NCBI GenBank assembly: GCA_964016885.1
Contig: OZ024746.1
Coordinates: 69,068,001 to 69,132,000, forward strand
Origin: Eledone cirrhosa
Taxonomy: Eukaryota
Direction: 5' to 3'
Length of the DNA stretch: 64,000 nucleotides
A program made the translations under genes and the position numbers. A model generated the notes under the pieces. The model was not told the origin of the DNA and did not search any database. It saw only the letters and a program-made list of their open reading frames with translations. Shown piece after piece: positions 1 through 11,322 of the stretch. Position 1 is the first letter of the stretch. Every line of letters begins with the position of its first letter.

Positions 1-235
1 GTTCAAGAAATGACAAGACAAACACAGAGGTGTAAAAACACAAAATCACGCTTAGGAAGAAATAGGTTTGACGTTTTGGACATAAGTCCCTTTTCAGGAA
101 ATGGAGAATTGAGAGAGAGAGTTGGAGTCTGGTAAAAAAGCAATTTAAGAAGGCTGTGGGTGGTAGGAGAGTAGCCCGGCATTTGGGAGTGGAGACCAAG
201 GTGGAGAGTTCAGGTGGGTCATGGGTGTTGTTGGA

Positions 236-567
236 AAATAACCAAAGATTTCACTCAATTCAAATGTATTTTTCTACGATAATTTCAATTCATGAAGATA
301 AATTTATAATTAATTAATAATTAAATGGTTAATTAATCATATTAATGATGTGATCCCCTTAAACAATACACAGTGATTAATCACCAAAATCTCATCTGGA
401 AAAACAACATTTTTGGTGATGAATCACTGTGTATTGTTTAAGGTGATCACATTATTAATATGATTAATTAACCATTTAATTATTAATCAATTATAAATTT
501 ATCTTCATGAATTGAAATGTTCGTAGAAAAATAAATGTTTTGAATTAAGTGAAATCTTCGGTTATTT
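236..567. repeat. AT-rich foldback / MITE-like long inverted repeat
   Basis: Arms about 236-390 and 410-567 are near-perfect reverse complements with a ~20 bp spacer. Confidence 0.85.
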
Positions 568-581
568 CTTTAAAGCCCATA

Positions 582-1228
582 ATAATAATTGTTTCTACTT
601 TAGGCACAAGGCCAGCAATTTTGGGGGAGGGGAAAGTGTCGATTAAATCGACCCCAGTGTATTACTGGTGTTTTATTTTATTGACCCTGTAAAGATGAAA
701 GACAAAGTAACCTTGACAGGATTTGAACTCAGAACGTAAAGGGCCATAACTCTATGCTGCAATGCATGATGTTTGACGCTCTACCAATACGGCCAATACA
801 CCGCCCTAAAGTCCATACTAATAATTATTTCTACTTTTGGCACAAGGCCAGCAATTATCCCAGTGTATTACTGGTACTTTATTTTATCGACCCCCGTAAG
901 GATGAAAGGCAAAGTTTACCTCGGCGAGATTTGAACTCAGATCGTAAAGGGACGTAACTCTATGCTGCAACGCATGGCATCCAATCCTCTACCGATACTG
1001 CCAATCCACCGTCCATACTACTAGTAATAATGATTTCTACTATAGGCACAAGGCCAGCAATTTGGCAAGAGGGGAAAGTTGATTAAATCGACCCCAGTGT
1101 ATTACTGGTACTTTATTTTATCAACCCCGTAAGAATGAAAGGCAAAGCTAACTTTGGGGGATTTGAACTCAGAACGTAAAGGGACGTAACTCTATGTCGC
1201 GAATCATGTTGTCCAACGCTCTACCAAT
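582..1228 (-). mobile_element. Three head-to-tail copies of tRNA-derived SINE family A
   Basis: Repeated unit with B-box-like GAGTTCAAATC, core GCCTTTCATCCTTACGGGGTCGATAAAATAAAGTACCAG (resembles the MetaSINE domain, from memory) and tail GCTGGCCTTGTGCC. Confidence 0.85.
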
Positions 1229-1303
1229 AATAATAATAATAAAAATGTTACCTTGTGTCAGCTGTGCCTATTGGAAGAAAAATTAGTCAATAGTTTTTAA
1301 GTA

Positions 1304-1304
<1 letters not shown>

Positions 1305-1334
<30 letters not shown>

Positions 1335-3193
1335 GTTTAACGTCCATCTTCCACGCTTGCATGGGTTTGGACGGGAGTTTTCCCACTTGAGACAAGATTT
1401 GTTGTCCTGTTCGTATAGGACTGGCTGGCGGGTTTTCTATGGCTGGATGCCTTTCCTAACACAAACCACGTTTACAGTGTGGACTGGGAGGTTTTTACCG
1501 TGTTACCTACACGGCCACATTACAGCGTGGACTGTGTGTTTTTTTGTCGTGACACCTACACGACCTCATTTGTTTCGGACTGGATGTTGTGGTACCAACA
1601 TAACTTCACATTTAAGGGGGTGGTGTGGATGGGGTGGGGGTAGTGGTACGGGGGGGGGGGGGGAAGATATTTTGTTAGAGGTGCTTACTGACTGTAGGTT
1701 TCGCTTTGTACTTAGGCAAGGCGAGTCTTCTGTATGACTGTGTAGCGCCAAAGATCTCAGTCCAGTGACATTGTCTTGGAGAGGTGTAAGTGTGTGAGGT
1801 CGGAATTTATCAAGTCGTCCCAGGTTTTTCTGGGTCTGCCTACTCCGTGGCTACCGTCTATTTTTATCGCCCTGCACTTTTTTATACAGCTGTCGTCTTT
1901 CATGCGCATCACGTGACTGTACCAACGTAGTCTTCTCTCGAGTAAACAACATCTGATCCCTCTTATTCCTAATTTCTCACTTAGTTCGTTTATGCTTTGC
2001 CGTTGACGTATATTACTATTACACATCCAGTGGAGCATGCAAGCTTCGTTTCTCTCCAGTTTGCGTATATCCTCTGCACACAATGCCCAGGTCTCACTGC
2101 CATGTAACATTGCTGTTCATATGCAGGCATCATACAGCCTGCCTTTCATTTTTAGAGAGAACCCTTTAGCGGCCAATAGTGGTATAAGCTCTCTGAACTT
2201 TTTCCATCCCGTTCTGACTCTAGCTACTGTACTTTTGGAGCACCCTCCCCCACTGCTGATTTTGTCACCCAGGTAACGGAAGGTGTCCACTATTTCTATA
2301 GAACCATCTGTGCAATGGAATGAGCTAGTATTCTGTGGGCACTTGCTGCTACTTATTGCACCAGAGCACCGGCCACATATAAAATCTATATTCTTAGTTA
2401 GCTTACCTGTGATCCCACTACATCTTTTATGCACCCATACTTTGCATTTGGGACATAAAATGGAGTTTCTGCCTACTCCTTTCCTACACACTGAGCATGG
2501 CCATTTCCCAGATGGGACCGGTGCTCTATTTTCCTTCCTACAAACTAGAACTTTAGTCTTAGACAAGTTAGCTTTAAGGCCTTTTGATTTTAGGCCATGC
2601 TTCCATGTTTGGAATTTCTTCTCTAGTTCAGCCATTGATTCAGCTATGAGCGTTAGATCATCTGCATATAGGAGTTCCCATGAGCAGCCGGTCTTGAACT
2701 CCTCTGTTATAGCCTGAAGGGCAATAATAAATAGTAGGGGGCTAAGAACGGAGCCCTGATGAACACCAACTTTTACGCTAAACTCTTCACTATATTCGTT
2801 GTTAATTCTAACCTTGCTGACTGTTTCTTTATACATGGCTTCTATAGCTCTCACAAGCCATTCATCAAGACCTAGTTTTCTAAGCGCCCACCAGATAATG
2901 GAGCTGGGGACTGTGTCAAAGGCTTTCTCCAAGTCAACAAAAGCTAAGTATAGGGGTTTACTTTTAGCTAGGTACTTCTCTTGTAGTTGTCGTACAATGA
3001 AAAGAGCGTCTGTGGTACTTTTACCTGACACAAACCCGAACTGCATTTCATCTAGATCAATTCGTTCTCTGATTAGTTGCGCTATTACTTTTTCTGTGAC
3101 CTTCATGACCTGGTCGATTAATTTAATGCCTCTATAGTTACCCCTATCAAGAGCATCTCCTTTACCCTTGTAGCAGTTAATGATGATGCTGCT
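1305..3193 (-). mobile_element. 5'-truncated RTE-type LINE (RT with PHD-like finger, one premature stop, (GAT)n tail)
   Basis: ORFs 2117-3106 and 1757-2110: QFGF, FVDLEKAFD, GVHQGSVLSP, YADD, RWY.HV.RM, GRPRKTW; CGA>TGA at 2117; (CAT)n at 1305-1334. Confidence 0.93.
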
Positions 3194-3209
3194 AACTGAT
3201 ATTTACATA

Positions 3210-3345
3210 TACTAGCAGAAAAACCACCCTTCGGGTTGTTTTCTGCTAGCATGTGTAGTGTGTATATTGATATTATATGCAAGTATATATGCATGTAGAT
3301 ATGATACATCAAATAAAATCGTAATTGACAATATACACAGAAAAT
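3210..3345 (-). mobile_element. Helitron-like 3' end; second copy at about 32258-32387 (+)
   Basis: Hairpin AGCAGAAAA..ACCCGAAGGGT..TTTTCTGCT ending CTAG on minus strand; ~130 bp shared with 32258-32387. Confidence 0.55.
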
Positions 3346-3667
3346 GTGACGGAAATATTTGAATGTTTATTTAAGTGATCGCTAACCGGAAGTGTTGAAA
3401 TTTGAAAATTTTAAAGAAGTAAATCTTAAAATAAGCAACAAAATTATTTATATTTAATCAAGAATAACGAAATTTAGTAGATAAATTATGTAATATTCAT
3501 TCATTATTTATTCAAATTAATCCAACTTATTTTACAAACGGGATAAAAAAATATATTCCGGATGCAGCCCTGCACTCCTTACTAGATACAATGATGTTGG
3601 GTTTAATACATACACACATATACATATATATATACATATATATAGATCTTTAGTGCCATGCAGTTGT

Positions 3668-4032
3668 ACAGAAGACCTGACTCCCATTGCATACAAACCT
3701 ACAGTCAGTAGGCACCTCTTAACCCAATGTACACCCCACCCCACACACCCTACCCCATCCTCCCTTTCCCGTTCCGTCCACTGTATCGATGACACAACAG
3801 TCCACACTGTAAGGTGGTCATGTAGGAGACACAGTAAAAAGGCTCCCAGTCCACACTGTAAATGTGGTTGGTGTTAGGAAGGGCATCCAGCTCTAAAAAA
3901 AACCTGCCAGAGACACTTCCATACAAGCGAGACAGGTCTCCCATTCCTGCATCAAATGGAACAAAACCGTCTAACCCATGCTAGAGTGGAAGATGGACGT
4001 TAAATGACGATGATGATGATGATGATGATGAT
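3668..4032 (+). mobile_element. RTE LINE 3' UTR fragment with (GAT)n tail
   Basis: Similar to 57770-58190 and inverse of 1305-1740. Confidence 0.85.
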
Positions 4033-4308
4033 ATACACACACACACACATGAAGAGTAAATAGAAACAACAAAGCAAACCATACAGTACAATTAAGATAT
4101 ATATCTGTTTAATGTATAATTGTTTCTACTTTAGGCACAAGGCCAGCAATTACCCAGTGCATTACTGGTACCTTATTTTATCGACCCCGTAAGGATGAAA
4201 GGCAAAGTCAACCTCGGCGTGATTTGAACTCAGATCATAAAGGGACGTAACTATGCTGGAAAGCATGGCGTCCGACCCTCTACCGATACTGCCAATTAGT
4301 AGAAAAAG

Positions 4309-4347
4309 ATTCTTAACGTTTCAAACACAAGTCTTTCATCAGAAGAT
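4309..4347 (-). ncRNA. Minimal type I hammerhead ribozyme-like motif (Penelope-like element remnant?)
   Basis: Minus strand ATCTT-CTGATGA-AAGAC-TTGT-GTTT-GAAAC-GTTA-AGAAT: core CUGAUGA/GAAAC, stem II and short stem I. Confidence 0.55.
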
Positions 4348-4739
4348 AGGAGGAAAAATTAAAGAAGAGATAGAAAGATAGAGGAGAGTGAGAAGAAGAA
4401 ACAGAAAAAAATTCAGAGGGAAGAAAATGTATCTGTGTGTATATATCATGACTTACACACTGTTCACTTTCCTGACATTTGTACATTAATTTATGAACTA
4501 TCCATGCACCTTTCATGAGTTGTAGTGCACCTGAGCACTGTACACAATATTTTCATTATTATTTAAAAAGCATGAGGGTGTTCAGTAGATTCACTTTAGA
4601 ATGTTGTCATGGGTTAGGATGCCAGGTTAAAACCAATGTTTTACAGCTTCATGCCCTTCTTGCCAACCCTTTTAAAATAGGTACATTGGATCTCAGATTG
4701 TTTTAAGAGGCAACTAAAAAGGTAGCATGAGGAAAGATG

Positions 4740-5062
4740 TATATATGAATGTGTGTATGTATGTGCATGTGTGCATGCGTGCACGCATGTGTGCATATAT
4801 ACATGTATGTATGTACATATGTATGGGTGGATGGACAGACAGATAGATAAATAGATAGATAAATAGATAGATAGATAGATAGGTAGATAGCTAGATAGAT
4901 AGATAGATATCTGTCTTTATTTGCCACAAGGGAAGGGCATACAAGAAATGGGACATTGCAAGACGTGACGGCGAGGGTTTTACATAAAAATCGTATCTAT
5001 CTATCTAGACAGACAGACAGACAGACAGACAGATAGATAGAAAGATAGATAGATAGATAGAT
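4740..5062. repeat. Compound (TG)/(GATA)n/(GACA)n microsatellite containing a short Tx1 3'-end fragment (about 4910-4993)
   Basis: Direct reading; 4910-4993 resembles 5066-5145. Confidence 0.85.
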
Positions 5063-6468
5063 ATATTTCTTTATTAGCCACAAGGGCGCACAAGAAAAGG
5101 GGACAATACAAAGACATGCCGGGGATTTTACATACAGTCGTGTAAAAAATATAAAAACAAACAATTACAACAATCGAAATCCCCAATAGGAGGGAGGCGC
5201 CATAAATGGGTTGTTTAATACCCCGTCGATAGAACAACCCTCAACTCCAGGAGCGTGATGTGCAAGTGCTCCTTTCTTCCTTTTGCTCTCTTCCTCAACC
5301 TACAGGCTTATAAACAGAGAAGGCGCAATCACTCGGGCCATTTTCGCTTCATTCACCCACCTTTCAGTAAATTTACTGGGGTGCAGTGCCTCTCTCTCCA
5401 CCCTGATTCTCCTTCTAAAGTGATACTTAAAGAAGGGAATCAATTATTGTCCGGAGAGAAAGGCATCTGTCCTCAGTCCTCTCAACCTCGTCCACCATAT
5501 AACTTCTTTCACCATAGCCACCGTACAGAGGAAAACCGCCTCTCTTTCGTTTTTGAAAGAGGCTGGCGGTTTGATCCTTACTATGGACTTGGCAGTCAAC
5601 TGGATTTGTCCCATACGTGACAGCATTTGTTCTGCATAGTTCCACAGGTCGGTTACGCCCGGGCAGTGTACAATTGCGTGCAGGACTGTTTCAATGTCAT
5701 GCGCGCATCTTGGACACGTCCTCTTGGAAGGATCCCTGCCAGGGCATCCGTGCCTGTAGATCTTGTCACGAATCGGTAGCGGTCCTCGGTAGCACTGCCA
5801 GGCCAGGGACCTCTGGAAGTTGTCCATAGGTCCTGGGCGGAAAGTCCTACCAAATAGACTGGTGACCTCATCGTCTTCGACGCCCAGAGTCTCTCCGAGC
5901 ACGTCGTCGCCCTTGTAACGTACAATCCCTCTATAGAATGTCGAAGTGGAGTCGCCACTGATTGCTGTGCCCGCTTGCCAGAGGACTGTGAGCGCCTGAG
6001 CGCATTCAATGTGCCAGGCGCCCATCGTTTTCGGTCTTTTCTTGAGCCAGGACTGCAGCTCCGTCAGCGAGACGAGCTGTGGGAAAGCCTGTCTCACAAA
6101 CGGTGCCTACACCGGTTGGGGGTCGGTGAGGAATACTTGGAGATGCCGCAGCCTCAGCGCATGTTTGTGCATCATCAGCCACGGCATTCCCAGCCCTCCG
6201 TTGGAAGGGTGCTGACAGCAGACGGATCTCCTCACCAGCGGAGCCTGCTTCTTCCACAGAAACTGGAAGAGCATGCGTTCCATCTTGGCGAGGTGTTCAC
6301 GGGGACAAGGCACGACAGTCAAGCGGTAGTAGATGACAGACGCTATGAAAGTGTTCGCCACCTCCGCTCAACCTTTCAAGGACAGTTTGCACTCTGCCCA
6401 CTTCTGGGTGAGTGCAAACACCTTGGCCGTGACCTCATTCCAGTTTTTCTCCACCTGGAGGTCTGGAC
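5062..6468 (-). mobile_element. 5'-truncated Tx1/L1-clade LINE (ORF2 C-terminal part)
   Basis: One frame with three in-frame stops: LSLKG(R), FQFLW, GGLG.P, CCHC finger CPRCAHDIETVLHAIVHCP; AATAAA then (TATC)n at 3' end; (GATA)n at 5' junction. Confidence 0.88.
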
Positions 6469-7180
6469 AGATAGATAGATAGATAATTAAGTTAGTGTTA
6501 ACATATTTAATATAGAGGCCACTAAATAAGTTAACTAGAAGCTTGAGGGAAAAAAAAAACATTTTTGTCATTGATCAATATTATTAAGAATCATTTGACA
6601 AGCATGGAAGACAACTCCAAATATATTGTATTTCCTAGATATATTCAATCTCTTCCTTCTCTTCTTTGGTGTATGTGAATTGTTTGTATTAAAACTATAA
6701 GGTGGTGCAGGTCACTACAAGCTGGTGCAAGATACAACAAGCACAACTGTGTGTCCTTCTTCTGAACACAAGCAGTAGCTACAGTAGAGTATATAACTCA
6801 TGATCTTCAGTTCAGTTGCCTTACTCCTTAACCTATCTGCAACTGTGTTTTTGATGTTTAAAATGTGAGAATGGATATTTAAAAAAATGATAGAAACAAC
6901 AATATTTTGGGTTTCCTTTATATGTGATATTCTGTGAGTTTAATTTGTTAGGGGAACACACCCAACTAAAGTTGATTTTGTGTGTTAGTTATAGTTATTG
7001 CATGACAAATTAGGTGGATACCATGAAAATCATTCTGAACTCTTGATAAACAAAGTGAAATGTCAACCAAACAGATATGTTCTCTTTAAGCTTGACACAA
7101 AAAATACAAATGTTGAATTTAAATGTAGGGAAAACAAAAAATGATACCAATTACGAAGATTTTGAACAAAATAATACAGC

Positions 7181-7541
7181 AGTGGGCTGAAAAGTTCATA
7201 GGTCGACTATGAAGGAGTGATGCTAGAGCTCTGAAATCTTGCATGTATTAATTTTAACTCTTCTTATTAATAACTACATTGCTTTTTTTGCAGGTAAACT
7301 GACATCTGACTGTTCAAAGAAGACTTCAAAAGAAACTAATAGCGACTTCTCTTGAAAATGGAAAAAATTTGGCATCATGGTGTTATCAAGTATCTGCAGA
7401 AAAAGGGTTTAGCTCCCAAGGACATTCATGCTGACATGGTTGCTACATAGGGGATGACACTCCAACTTTATCAACAGTGCAAAAGTGGGCAGCTGAATTT
7501 AGGAGGGGAAGGGAGAATCTTGAAGATGATCCAAGGTCTGG
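7181..7541 (+). mobile_element. Mariner 5' fragment (TIR + N-terminal HTH)
   Basis: TIR GGCTGAAAAGTTCATAG; translates MEKIWHHGVIKYLQKKG...STVQKWAAEFRRGRENLEDDPRSG; same family as 17914-18960. Confidence 0.85.
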
Positions 7542-8874
7542 AAAGGAGTAGGTAGAAATTCAATTCTATGTCCCAAATGCAAGCTATGGGTACATAAAAG
7601 ATGTAGTGGGATCACAGGCAGCCTATCAAAGACAATAGTTAATTAAGAAAACAGTTGCAAATCATTGCCAATGAATAAAATACTAAAAGAAATTCAGAAA
7701 ATTACCTTCAAGCTTTCTACTGTTTGCTTCTGGTTTTTTAATTTCATAGTCTGTCCCTTATGTATATCAGATAATTCTTTTACAACTCCATCTAAATCTC
7801 AAATATAAGAAATTATATATATAAATTTTTATAGCCCCAAGTAGCTTTCAGCTCTCTATAGTTAAGATATAAAAAGTTGTTTATTTTCCAAGGTGAAATG
7901 ATACACATTTGACGAGGGACCGTGACAACTGGAGAGATGCTGTGCTGAATAGGACCCGTCCCACCCTTGCTAGCAGGGAAAAGCAGATGTAAAATGATGA
8001 TAATGATGATGATATTCACAATGTGTTTGTATGGATCCGTAACACCTGGTGGAATTGTAGGGATGCCATTGTGACATATGGCATTTTAAACCTGGCAGAG
8101 CCCATCCCCTCTCCAGGTCCAAACACAGTTGATTTCTTCTAGAGAAAGAGAGAGAGTGTGTGATAGAGAGGAAGTGAGAAAGAGGTATAGAGGAAGAATC
8201 AATCCTTGTACTGGACTAGTACACTTTTTATAGACCTTGAAAGGATGAAAGGCAAAGTTGACTTCTGCACAATTTGAACTCTAAGCCCAAAGAGTCAGAA
8301 GGTATACTGAAAAGCATTCTACCCAACACTCTAATGGCTGCCAAATGGCTGCCTTATTCAGAATACAATTACTTTATAAATTACTAACAAGAAACAAGCA
8401 GATTTATACCATCTTAGAAAGAATATTCTAGAGCTTCAGGAGCCAAAGTCTAATAAGATATTTTGATTAGATAATATATTGACAATGTAAGGTGTTAAAC
8501 TAGCAGAGTTGTTAGAACATTAGATAGAATACCTTGTGGTATTTGTTCCAACTCTTTACATTCCAAGTTCAAGTCTTACTAATTTAACAACTCTAAATTT
8601 CTTAGCCCTCCAGGACCAAATTTCTAACAAAATATTTAAACTTGCTAAGGTTGACTGCCTTTTTCTGGAAGAAATCAGCTGTTTAGACCTGGAGAGGAGA
8701 TGGACTTTGCCAGGTTTAAGAAATACTAAAAAAATACTGTATGACACTATGGCACCCCTACAACTCCACAGGGAGTTATGTGTGTAGGAATATAATAGCT
8801 TCATCTTTAGAAATAGGAATTATATTAATATCCACATCTACTCTGTTGTGATTGATTTGATCTTTGACCATTAT

Positions 8875-9395
8875 TACCGTATATACTCGCGTATAGGTCG
8901 CCCTGGCAGATAGGTCGCACACCCACTTTTCATTTAACAAATAGGCTATTTGCCATTGACTCGCAGGTAGGTCGCACTGAAATTTGGGCCGTCAAATTAC
9001 TATTTTTTATGATAATTGAAACTAATAATCTGTTAGTTTTCCATTACTTCACCGTTGCGATATATATCCAAACCATTAACGTCATCGAAATCTCGTCAAT
9101 TCGAGATTACTGCGAGATAAAGCCTTTAAGCGTGAAAATTAACTCTTAATATAGTGAAACAACTTGAAATAACACGTGTTTTTTAACGTTGAAAGTATAA
9201 CAGATGTTTAGCGTATCAACACGGCTTCCCAAAGTAGCAAATACCGACTTTGAAGGTTTTACATGCGACGACATTCGAAATGAAAAAGAAACACAAGATA
9301 ATATTAGTGATTTAGCTTCAAATGAATCAGACGTATTTATTTCTGATGATGATAGTTACTTTGAAAGTGAAAGCGAAGATGTGACGGACACCTGA
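8875..9395 (+). mobile_element. pogo/Tc2-like DNA transposon left end with short acidic ORF
   Basis: Terminus TACCGTATATACTCGCGTATAGGTCG; related right-end termini at 38935-38964 and 49231-49259; CpG-rich interior. Confidence 0.6.
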
Positions 9396-9554
9396 GGGTG
9401 GAAGATTGGCAGAATTGGTAAAGCACCAAATAAAATACTGTTGCAATATTTGTCCTGGCTCTTTACATTCTACTTTTCATCCTTCTGGAGTTGATAAAAT
9501 AAAGTACCAGTCAAATACCGGGGTTAATTTTATCAATTTTGCTCTTTCCCTAAA

Positions 9555-9780
9555 TAAATTCTGATAGTTTATTCCCTTGTACATTTCACCAATGGAATTC
9601 TCTTCCAGCTTCTTGCTTTCCTGACCACTACAATTTGCAAAAAATTCAAAAGCAACATCAATCATCATCTTCTTTCTCCTTGAATTATGTTCTGTCTTAT
9701 CCTTCTCTCTTCTCAGTAAACCCTTGCATTTTAGTGGCTTGATTACCTTGCTTTGGGTGAGCTAGGCAAAAAACACAAAA
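9555..9780 (+). mobile_element. CR1/L2-type LINE 3' end fragment
   Basis: Plus strand reads SLFPCTFHQWNSLPASCFPDHYNLQK(fs)FKSNINHHL, typical WNSLP C-terminus of these ORF2s. Confidence 0.65.
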
Positions 9781-10180
9781 TATTAGGTGCCTTGTTCTTA
9801 GATGTATGCAGGAATCAGTAGTCATGGGGATAAGTTCAAATACAGTCTGATACTGCATTCACATCCAGGAATAAAACATCTGGTGATGATCAGAGATCAA
9901 GTTGATCAAAATGTATTGTAAATGTAAATGCTTATCTCTAATGAGTTAAAATCTGAAAATATATTTATTTATTTAAGTGATTTAAATGTCCGTATAGAGC
10001 TAATAATCCATGATGAAAGTTCCCCTCCAAGGTATAGGCCCGGGCAAAATGTTTTTTTGTGGGAGACAAGCAGTCACCCATGCATAACAGTCTCTCCTCT
10101 CCATGCCACAGATGTTGTCCAAGGGAAAGGCCCATTCAGTTTGGCACTAGTCTTATCACATATATATACACCATATACAC

Positions 10181-11255
10181 ATAATTGTTTCTACTTTTGG
10201 CATAAGGTCAGTAATTATCCCAGTACATTACTAGTATTTTATTTTATCGACCTTGTAAGGGTGAAAGGCAAAGTTAACCTCGGCGGGATTTGAACTCAGA
10301 TCATAAAGGGCCGTAACTCTATGCTGCAAATCATGGCGTCCGACCCTCTACCGATACTGCCAGTCCACCATATACACATAATACATACACGATATATATA
10401 CTATATATAATGGTGTCCAAGGAAAAGACAAAGGCTGGGACAGCATGACACTGGTGTCATTGCAACTCATTTTTTCAGTTGGGTGAACTGGGGCAACATG
10501 AAATAAAGTGTCATGCTCACAGACACAATACACTACCCCATCCGGGAGTCAAACTCACAACCTCACGATTGTGAATCCAACACTCTAACTACTAAGCCAC
10601 GTGCCTTTACAATACTATAATAATAATAATAATGATTTCTACTATAGGCACAAGGCCAGCAATTACCCCAGTGCATTACTGGTGCTTTATTTTATCGACC
10701 CAGTAAGGATAAAAGACAAAGTTAACCTCGGCGAGATTTGAACTCAAACCTTAAAGGGCCGTAACTCTATACTGCAAAGCATGGCGTCCGACCCTCTACC
10801 AATACTGCCAAATCACCGCCAACACAAGGCCAGCAATTTTTGGGGAAGGGAAAGTCGATTAAATCGACCCCAGTGGTGACTGGTACTTTATTTTATCGAC
10901 CCCGTAAGGATGAAAGGCAAAGTTAACCTCGGCGGGATTTGAACTCAGATCATAAAGGGCTGTAACTCTTTGCTGCAAAGTATGGCGTCCGACCCTCTAC
11001 CAATGCTGCCAAATCACCGACAACACACCACTATAATTGTTTCTACGTTTCGCACAAGGCCAGCAATTACCCAGTGCATTACTGGTACTTTATTTTATCG
11101 ACTCCGTAAGGATGAAAGGCAAAGTTAACCTCGGCGGGATTTGAACTCAGAATGGCAAAGGTCGTAACTCTATGTATCAAAGCATTACCGCCAACACACC
11201 ACTATAATAATAATTGTTTCTACATTTGGCACAAGGCCAGTAATTACTCAGTAAT
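10181..11255 (-). mobile_element. Cluster of ~5 SINE family A copies plus one family B SINE (about 10440-10610)
   Basis: Repeated core TTTATCGACCCCGTAAGGATGAAAGGCAAAGTTAACCTCGGCG; all on minus strand. Confidence 0.85.
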
Positions 11256-11322
11256 AATGAAAATTATTGTGTACAGGGCTCAGTGCTCAGATATTTAATG
11301 TAGAAAACATATTACTTGGAGA

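Noticed and set aside
2037-3137. Plus-strand ORFs overlapping the LINE (also 56054-57602 minus, 5975-6478 plus)
   Set aside because: Antisense shadows of LINE ORF2
8536-8804. Overlapping 82-83 aa ORFs
   Set aside because: Region is an inverted copy of a short repeat also at about 8045-8145 and 47240-47355
9477-9761. Minus-strand open frame with apparent acceptor as a coding exon
   Set aside because: Plus strand matches a CR1/L2 ORF2 C-terminus (WNSLP) and the rest runs into a SINE
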